A DNA stretch of 12,259 nucleotides from Paraspadella gotoi (lineage: Eukaryota; Animalia; Chaetognatha). Shown here piece after piece: positions 1-10,100 of this stretch (the first letter of the stretch is position 1; each line of letters starts with the position of its first letter). The notes under the pieces were generated by a model, which was given only the letters and a program-made list of their open reading frames with translations, did not search any database and was not told the origin of the DNA. Both the position numbers and the translations under genes were made by a program. The stretch lies in contig JBJCIZ010001551.1 in the NCBI GenBank assembly GCA_051294375.1, positions 1-12,259 on the forward strand, written 5' to 3'.

Positions 1-1236
1 AAGTTAAATCAAAAATATAATTACAACTTTTTTAAAATTTTAATGCTTTTTTTATTAAAAATAGCAAAAACTGTTTAAATTATCCGGATGATGAGGATAA
101 TTTTTTTTAAGGTTTTCCTAATTTTGACCCACTTATCATCAAAATATAAAAAAAAAAAACTTTTCATAAGTTATCTGAATCTGCTTTTAAAATACAAAAA
201 TTTCCAAAATTTTTGTTGATATTTCTTATTTATAAGTAAATATTAAAAAATAATTACTAATGCTTCAGCCATTTTTAAAAAATTTTGGTCATTGAAAGTT
301 TTTTCAGTAATGTTTCATTTGGGAATTCAAACTTCTGACCCACCCCATTGACAAGTTGGCCCTACTTAAACAACTCTTAATCCTTACCCTCCCTAACCCC
401 GGTCGGCGAAAGTTTTAAAAGTAACCCACAGGATTTTGATGCAGGAATGTCATAATACACGGGCAAAATTTTTTTATGTCATGTCATATGTGATCAAAGG
501 AAATATGCGTGAAAATAAAGTCACTCCGGCCGCAACTCATTGGAATTACCGTTCTTGTTTTAATATTGAAGTGTTTTAACATTAGAAGCAGAGATGTGGA
601 CGCGATCCGGAAAGCGAAACCGAACACTGTGGAAGCGGCCGATTTTTGGAAGAACTCCGAAACGCGGGAGCGATAGAAAAATTGAGAATGAAAGGATTGA
701 ACCCGGAAGCTATAATAACCCTGCGTGTTCGCTTCCTGGTCATTTGTTTTTGTTGGTTAGAAATAAAATTTTGCAACCCCCTGCTCTTTCTTGATTTTTC
801 TTTTTAAAATTTTTTTTCAATATTTATTTTCAACATTTAAAATTTTTTGCTTTTAATTTTTTTATTCACTTTTTCTTATTCTCTTCTTTTATTTTTTGGT
901 TTTCTTTTGTTCTCTCTTCCTCTTTGGTCGAGAATCTATGAAAAAAATTACATTTTTTAATATATTGAAATAAAATCTGAGCTGAACAAAATATTTTTTC
1001 TATCTGAAAAAACTGTAATTATAAATTAAATTAAAATATAAATTAAACTTTTTTAATTCTGAAAAACTAAAAATTTTATTTCTTATATTTTTGTTGTTTT
1101 TCTTTAAATTTAAGTCTACTTTTTTTAAATCCATAAGGTTTTTCATGTTACAAACAAGTTTGAAACAAAAGGATTGATCTGCTTTATTGGCAATATTGCA
1201 TAATATTGTGCTTATACATACTTATATCTCTAACAC

Positions 1237-1265
1237 ACTCTCTCTCTCTCTCTCTCTCTCTCTCT
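1237..1265. repeat. (CT)n microsatellite
   Basis: Directly visible. Confidence 0.9.
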
Positions 1266-1339
1266 AATTTATTTCTTTTTTTCCCCTCTCGCACTGAACA
1301 AAAAAGCAAATAAAAAAATATATATAAAATAAATAAATC

Positions 1340-1497
1340 TAGAGAAAACAAAGTTTGTTTGTTTGATAACAACGATTTTTTGATTAACATTGGGACATGT
1401 TTCGGCTCTTGATTTAAGCCTTCATCAAGAGCCGAAACATGTCCCAATGTTAATAAAAAAATCGTTGTTATCAAACAAACAAACTTTGTTTTCTCTA
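1340..1497. mobile_element. Long palindrome (74-bp arms, 10-nt loop), probable inverted terminus remnant of a Penelope-like retroelement
   Basis: 1340-1413 is the reverse complement of 1424-1497 with one mismatch, and the loop is TTAAGCCTTC. It contains a hammerhead-like core. The palindrome is directly seen, while the PLE assignment is inference. Confidence 0.6.
1394..1428 (-). ncRNA. Minimal type I hammerhead-ribozyme-like motif (helix I apparently disrupted)
   Basis: The minus strand reads TTGATGA-A-GGCT-taaatcaag-AGCC-GAAA-CATG-TC. This gives a CUGANGA-like box (C3->U), helix II GGCT/AGCC, a GAAA box, the palindromic helix III ACATGT and a GUC cleavage triplet. Confidence 0.55.
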
Positions 1498-2029
1498 AAT
1501 ATATATACAAAACGAAAAGAAAGGAAATAACATAATAAATAAATCAAAATTATTAATAAACAAGTTTGAGCAAACAATGCCGGATCTGCCCACGATCATT
1601 AGCGGTAATTAATTAATTAATTTGTAGTTAATTAAATAATTTATTATTTTTCAACTAATTAAGTATATATTGATTAATTAAAAGAATAACATTGAACATT
1701 TGGGAGCTCAAATGATTTGAACAAAGACAACAACGACGAGGAATACAATGACAAAGACGACGACGAAGTCTTTGTACTTTGTGACCCGTAGTACAGTAGT
1801 GGTCAATAAGAATGACCTGTTCTTACCCGACCTTGTTTTGGCTGACCTTTTTCACAGCCAATGTAAATACTAGTTGTTGTTATTATTTTTATTATTTTTT
1901 GCTTTTTTACTGTTTTTGATAATACCAGATTTTCTTTATAATAAAAAATACGCCTGAAATTTTTCTATAAATTCTTGTTTTGAGTTACCGCAAACATAAA
2001 AAAATTTCAATTAAATCATTAAATAGTTA

Positions 2030-2560
2030 ATAATGGCGACCACGACAATGATAACACCGACGATGACAAATTAATTGATTGCTTAATTTTTTGATGATTA
2101 ATTGAATATTTGATTAATTGATTGAATAATTAATTAACTGATCAGTTCAGGCATTGTTATGACATTGTTATGACAAAAGAAATGACGACCATGATGATGA
2201 TGATGATGATGATGATGACGACGACGCTAACACCGTCATGATTGATTGAATGATTGATTGATCAATTAAATGAAATTCATATCAGGCCTGTTAGTTTTTA
2301 GGTCTTTTTGTCAGGTCACTGACCAGGACAAAAGCAACAATGACGTTGGAGATGACGACAATAATAACCCTGACATTGTTTAATTGATTGATTAATTGAT
2401 TGATTAATTAATTAATTGGTTCTTTTAATAATTTATTGATAAATAAATTTATTAATTAGTTGATTGATTGATAAAAAAATTGATTCATTAATTTTTTGAT
2501 TGTTTAGTTGATTAGTTAATTGATTGATTGATTAATTAATTGATTAATTGAATAATTAAT
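2030..2560. repeat. Degenerate composite repeat: GAC/GAT-rich blocks alternating with (TGAT/TAAT)n tracts
   Basis: Related cores GACAATGATAACACCGAC (~2045), GACGCTAACACCGTC (~2223) and GACAATAATAACCCTGAC (~2358) are each followed by ATTGATTG/TTAATT runs. Confidence 0.6.
2191..2226. repeat. (GAT)n(GAC)n microsatellite
   Basis: Directly visible. Confidence 0.9.
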
Positions 2561-2695
2561 GCAGCTTGTATTTACATTTAATAAAAAATCTTAAAAGCAT
2601 AAGGATCGTCGCAATCGCATAAGAAAAATCTGGATTGACGACAAATTTTTATACTAAAAAAAATCAAATTTGAGAAAAGAAAATTAATTTATAAA

Positions 2696-3345
2696 CAGAA
2701 AGAAAAAGAAGAAAAGAATAAATATAAAGAAAGAATAGAAAGGAAAGAAAGAAAAGAAAGGAAAGAAAGAAAAGAAAGGAGAGAAAGAAGAGAATGAAAA
2801 GAAAGGAAAGAAAGAAGAGAAAGGAAAGAAAGAAGAGAAAGGAAAGAAAGAAAAGAAAGGAAAGAAAGAATAGAAAGGAAAAAAGAATAGAAAGGAAAAA
2901 AAGAATAGAAAGGAAAGAAAGAATATAAAAGAAAGAAAGAATAGAAAGGAAAGAAAGAATAGAAAGGGAAAAATAATAGAAAGTAAGAAAAAATAGAAAG
3001 GAAAGAAAAAATAAAAAGGAAAAAAAATAGAAAAGAGAGAAAGAATAGAAAGGAAAAAAATAAAAAGGAAAGAAAAAATATAAAGGAAAGACAGAATAGA
3101 AAGGAAAGAAAGAATAGAAAGTAAAAAAAAAAATAGAAAGGAAAGAAGGAATAAAAAGGAAAGAAGGAATAAAAAGGAAAGAAGGAATAAAAAGGAAAGA
3201 AAGAATAGAAAGGAAAGAAATAATAGAAAGGAAAGAAAGAATAAAAAGTAAAGAAAGGAAAGAAAGAATAGAAAGGAAAGAAAGATTAGAAAGGAAAGAA
3301 AGATTAGAAAGGAAAAAAAGGAAAATAAAAATAAAGAGAATGAAA
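2696..3345 (+). repeat. Polypurine minisatellite, ~18-bp unit (GAAAGGAAAGAAAGAATA and variants), roughly 35 copies
   Basis: The periodicity is directly visible and the strand is almost purely A/G. It explains the F/L/S-rich 233-aa minus-strand ORF. Confidence 0.93.
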
Positions 3346-4039
3346 TAAAAACCCGATGTTGCGATAGCAAAATGATAACATGCACAAATGCGAAGCCTAA
3401 TTTTACGAGTTCAATCCTAATTCAATTTTTTTTTTTAATAAAAATGCAGAGAGAGAGAGAGAGAGTAGCCAAATCGTTTTTGGACGAATCAGCAGCGGCA
3501 GCAGCAGAGGCACCCAGAAAAAAATCAAAAGGCAGCAGCAGAAGCAGCAGGAGAAAAGAGAGTTAAAGAATAAGCCCCTGCAGAGCCAGCTGCAGATTCG
3601 TTTTTTTCCCCTATGAATCAGTGATTAGGGAAAAGAGAGAGGGAGAGAGACATGTAATTAAAAGAGAAAAGAGAGAGAGAAAGAAATATAAAAATAAAAT
3701 AAAGAAAATTTGTTTGTTTTGATAAAACGTAAACAAAACATATTTAATAACTGTCCAGACTCAATTTTAAGCACATTGATGATGAGAAGCTGTATATATA
3801 TTTTCAGCTTCATACACCCAAACTTAATCATAAAAAAGGTGATCTATAATTTGGAACGCCGACGACGACGACGACCGCGCACAATATTACAAATCTTACA
3901 ATTTTTCATTGTAAAAATTTCACTTGACTTGTTATTTGTTAACAAAAAGATTGTTTAAAATTATTCTACAATGATTACATGTCTAAAGAGAATATTTTTT
4001 AGAAATAATAAAATGTAAAATTTCTAAAGGAAGGAAGGA

Positions 4040-4175
4040 GATTTGCATCGAAACCGAAAGCGACTCGGGCTAAAAAGTAAGGATTGCACCCGAAAACGGG
4101 AGCGGGAGGGGTCTTGGAAGCGCCGGATTGCAGCGGCGAAAAATCGATCGCTTCCAATTCTCTGATTAGAAGTAA
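4040..4175 (+). promoter_or_regulatory. Probable PSMA7 proximal promoter (CpG-rich block)
   Basis: This GC/CpG-rich island in AT-rich DNA lies 175-310 bp upstream of the ATG. It contains the octamer ATTTGCAT (4041-4048), GGAAG/CTTCC cores and CCAAT (4154-4158). Confidence 0.5.
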
Positions 4176-4280
4176 ACCTTTTCCTTCTTTTTTTCTCTTT
4201 CTTCCGGGTTGTCTTTCTCAAGGGTTGATGGTTTATTTTTAAATTTGGATTTTCATAATTTCCTTTTTCTTTTAAATTAA

Positions 4281-6068
<1,788 letters not shown>

Positions 6069-6236
6069 ATATGGGAAGGAGGAGGAGGAAGAAACTTATA
6101 TGTCCTTCCTGTCCTGTCATTAGGCGGCGAAAAAAAACCCATCCATCAAAAAGTTTATTGTGCCCGAAAAAATTTGTCGCCCGAAAAAGACTTAAAAAGT
6201 TCTCTCGTCTCTTTGAATTCCACTGTTGTGCCATGG

Positions 6237-6242
<6 letters not shown>

Positions 6243-6285
<43 letters not shown>

Positions 6286-6299
6286 TCTCTCCTCTCTCC
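6243..6299. repeat. (CT)n microsatellite in PSMA7 3' region
   Basis: Directly visible. Confidence 0.9.
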
Positions 6300-6323
6300 T
6301 TTGTTTTTTTTTTTTTTCGATGA

Positions 6324-6329
6324 AATAAA
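6324..6329 (+). terminator. Candidate polyadenylation signal for PSMA7
   Basis: AATAAA lies ~255 nt after the stop and is followed by T-rich sequence. A second AATAAA is at 6373-6378. Confidence 0.4.
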
Positions 6330-7144
6330 GTTTATATATATTCGTTCTTTTTCTAAATCCGTTTCCGCTTAAAATAAAAACTGTAATAACGATAATAATA
6401 AAAAAGACACAAGCGTTGTATTTCCCCTTATCATAAAAAAGGTTTTCTGTGATGGCGACGAGAACAGTTCACAACCGACGATAATGATAGTTCAGAATTT
6501 TTCGTGCATTTTCACGCTTTTTTTTTTTTTAGTCAGAAATTAATTGGATTTTTTTTGTCGAGAGAACGAGAGAAATCGGTTGACTCTGCCTTCACTCTAT
6601 CTTTATCGCGATGCGGAATTAAAATCATTCGAATTCCGGAATCGAGAATTAGATTTAAAAAAAATTAAACAAAAAAGGATCAAAAACCGAATTGGAAGTA
6701 ATGAGAATGACGATAAAATACATTCAACATACTAATTACGGGAAGATTTGAGCCGGATATGAACTCTTGTTGTATATTTTAGAATTTTTGTGGGTAAAAT
6801 TTAAAAAAAAAAAAAAAATAATAAAAAAAGAGAAGGAAGTTTCTCTGTCCCTCTAATTAAGGCGAATTGCGCGAGACGGATGTAAAGAAGGCAAAGCTTT
6901 GGCATTAAATTTTTTTAAAAATATCAACAAAAAAAAAAAGTCCTTGAGCTTTCGCCCCCGACTGTCAAACATCATTTCAAGGCTGCTTAATAGAAATTAT
7001 TTTGAAAATAAAGAGTTCTTCTTTGGGATTTCAATAGAATGTATGGTTTTTATCCAAGTACGTATGAATATAATATCCAATTATTCATTAATAATACAAT
7101 TTCGTATTTCATCGTCCAATCTCATCTCGCTCGGTAAAGACAAG

Positions 7145-10100
7145 ATATCGCGGCTTCGCGAGTCGGCCGCGCCCTCGTTGCCAGCGTCGTTCGTTCCCGG
7201 GCGTCGACGAGCGCCGTCGTCTGCGCCGCGAGAGCCCGCAGCTGCCGAATGCGAGGATGGCCTCGACTCACCTGACGTGAGGCAACCGTGGAAGGCTGAG
7301 GGAGAGCTTCAAGCCTTCGGGGAAATATTGCGCCGAGGTAAGTTCGCTTGGAGGATTCGAATGGGTGAGGTGAGGGCGGTTCCATCTTTTTAATGTATTA
7401 CGCGGGTTGTTAATATTTATTTCGTTATTTTTATCGTATTTGTTTTGAACTTCGTCATAAGATTTGATAATTAAATAGTTATTTAGCAATTTTATTGGTT
7501 AATTGTTATTTAAAAAATCAAGTATCCCCTAACTATACCTATATTTCTATTCTTCTCAAATCACTCACACCTTTCTCCTTACTTCCTATTCTCCCCGCCC
7601 CACTTCCTTACAAAAAACCCCTATCTCCCCCCCTTCCTTACCCCTATCTCCCCCCCTTCCTTACCCCCTATCTCCCCCCTTCCTTACCCCCTATCTCCCC
7701 CCCTTCCTTACCCCCTATCTCCCCCCCTTATCCTTACCCCTATCTCCCCCCCTTCCTTTACCCCCTATTTTCTTCCCCCCCTTCCTTACCCCTATCTCCC
7801 CCCCTTCCTCCCCCACCCCCTATCTCCCCCCCTTCCTTACCCCCTATCTCCCCCCTTCCTTACCCCCTATCTCCCCCGCCCTCCCCCTCCCCAGATCCTC
7901 CCAAGTACATCCAAAAGATTCAACTCAGTCCCACGACGAACTCGAGCTTTCTCATTCACGCCAGAGGGCGTCTTTCAAGTCATTTACTTTCTCAGAATCA
8001 CACCACGCCCAGTTCTAGGGTGATCTCGATTGTGTTTAAAACTTTGATGACGTTCTCTCAATTATTAATGATTTCGAATGAATTCGTTCGATGGATTTTA
8101 AAAATTGTGTCCATTCATTCAATCAACATTCATTCATATAACGAGCTATTTTTGCCCCTGACATTGGGACAGATTGTGGTGGGTTAGGCCTCTATTCTTC
8201 TTAAAAAGATAATAATAATAATAATAATAATAACAATAATAACAATAATAATTAATAACATTCAGAAACAAGACTCGCGAGTTGTACGAAATTAGTACAA
8301 TAAATAAAAATTCATTTAATAACTAAGCTATCTTTTCCTGACTTTGGACAGGCTTGTGGTTAAGGCCTCCTCACTCTTAGATAATGAAAATGCAGGTCCC
8401 GTTCTCTCACGTTTATTCACTGCGGGAGAACCCTGGCATCCCTATCAATCAAGTGTATAATATTTTGAAAGAATCTATTAACGGATCACTCCCTTAAGTA
8501 TTAGATCGGGGGAATACTATTGTTTAATACAGCCTCTTTGAAGTCAGAAGCAAGGATAGTTTGTTTAAAGTTTATCGAACGAATGAATAATTAGGCAAGC
8601 GATCTTTATTCTCACGCCATACTTTAAATATATTACGATTCAATCTGACAGCATGGTGGACATTTTGGCGTAGACGTCCCACTCGTCCGTATCGCTTCGA
8701 GGTGGTCTACAACCTCCTCTCCCTTCGATTCAACCAGAGGATTCGTATTAAGACTTACACGGACGAACACACCGCCATCGAGTCGATCGTCGACATCTAT
8801 CCGGCGCCAATTGGTGCGTTTAAAAAGAGGGGGGGGGAATTGAGGTTGGAGGTGTCATTGCATCACTATCTTTATAAACGATATACAGAAATTAATCTCG
8901 AATTTCTCGTTCTCTCTCGAAAGGTTCGAGCGCGAGGCTTGGGACATGTTCGCATCTTCTTCACACCACTCCCGACCTCCGCCGCATCCTCACCGATACG
9001 GGTTCGAGGGTCACCCTTTCCGGAAGGACTTCCCGCTCACCGCTACACCGAGTGCAGATACGACGATGAAGGTGAGAGAGAGAAAGAGAAAAAAAGACTT
9101 CCCACTCACGGCTACACCGAGTGCAGATACGACGATGAGGTGAGAGAGAGAGAGAGAGAGAAGAATTAATGCCCCCCACCCTCCTTTCGATCCAAGGTGA
9201 TGCGCGTCGTCATCGAGCCGCTGGAAATGACGCAGGAATTCCGCAAGTCGACCTCAGCGCTCCGTGGAGGCCTTTCCCGCACAGGTAAGGTCGAATTGGG
9301 TCGCTCCGTCTTCATCATTAGAAGTTAAGTCGAATTGGGTCGCTCGTCTTCATCATTAGAAGGTAAGGTCGAATGGGTCGCTGCGTCTGTCATCATTAGA
9401 AGGTAAGGTCGAATTGGGTCGCTGCGTCTGTCATCATTAGAAGGTAAGGTCGAATTGGTCGCTGCGTCTGTCATCATTAGAAGGTAAGTCGAATTGGTCC
9501 TGCGTCTGTCATCATTAGAGGTAAGGTCCGAATTGGGTCGCTGCGTCTGTCATCATTAGAGGTAAGGTCGAATTGGGTCGCTGCGTCTGTCATCATTAGA
9601 ATCAGATGTCTAGTATCTCTATTTTGAGGTTTTATCAAGAAAGTTCTTTGAAACGAGAGAATTAAGAGAGAGATTGAGAGAGAGAGAGAAAATATAATAT
9701 CTATGAGGGAATGAGAAAAGAATGAAAATAATTTAAAAAAAAAGAATAAATATAGGGATCGATAGGTGTAGCCTTTCAGTCACCCAGCCCCTTCCTCCTT
9801 TTTGATTCCCCCCTCCGATACCCTTCCCCACTTCGATCCCCTTCTTATCCCCGTTCCCTTTCTTATTCCCCGATATCCCTTCTTGTTTCAAACGATTCCC
9901 TTTCTTGTTTCACAGATTCCCTTCTTGTTTCACGATTCCCTTTCTTGTTTCACGATTCCCTTTCTTGTTCACGATTCCCTTTCCTTGTTTCACGATTCCC
10001 TTTCTTGTTTCACGATTCCCTTGTTCACTTATTCCCTTTCTTGTTATCACGATTCCACTTTTCTTGTTTCACGATCCTTTCTTATTTCACGATTTTCCCT

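Noticed and set aside
77-103. 9-bp inverted repeat AAATTATCC/GGATAATTT
   Set aside because: It is short and AT-rich, as expected by chance in this composition.
376-400. Telomere-like CCTTACCCTCCCTAACCCC
   Set aside because: Only two or three degenerate units are present, not an array.
2684-3385. 233-aa F/L/S-rich membrane-protein-like ORF
   Set aside because: It is a translation of the polypurine repeat's complementary strand.
4041-4048. Octamer suggesting an snRNA gene
   Set aside because: No recognisable snRNA sequence lies nearby, and the position fits the PSMA7 promoter.
8161-8171. ACATTGGGACA identical to part of the palindrome arm (1387-1397)
   Set aside because: The match is only 11 bp and does not extend, which is compatible with chance.
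7495-8187. 230-aa proline-rich extensin-like ORF
   Set aside because: It is a translation of the C-rich intronic array. Only KYIQKIQLS belongs to NDUFS3 exon 2.
8652-9284. Bacterial nuoC or organellar nad9 insertion
   Set aside because: The gene has GT-AG introns and a mitochondrial-presequence-like exon, so it is nuclear NDUFS3.
9283-9600. CRISPR array
   Set aside because: The units are head-to-tail with no unique spacers, there are no cas genes, and the array lies in a spliceosomal intron.
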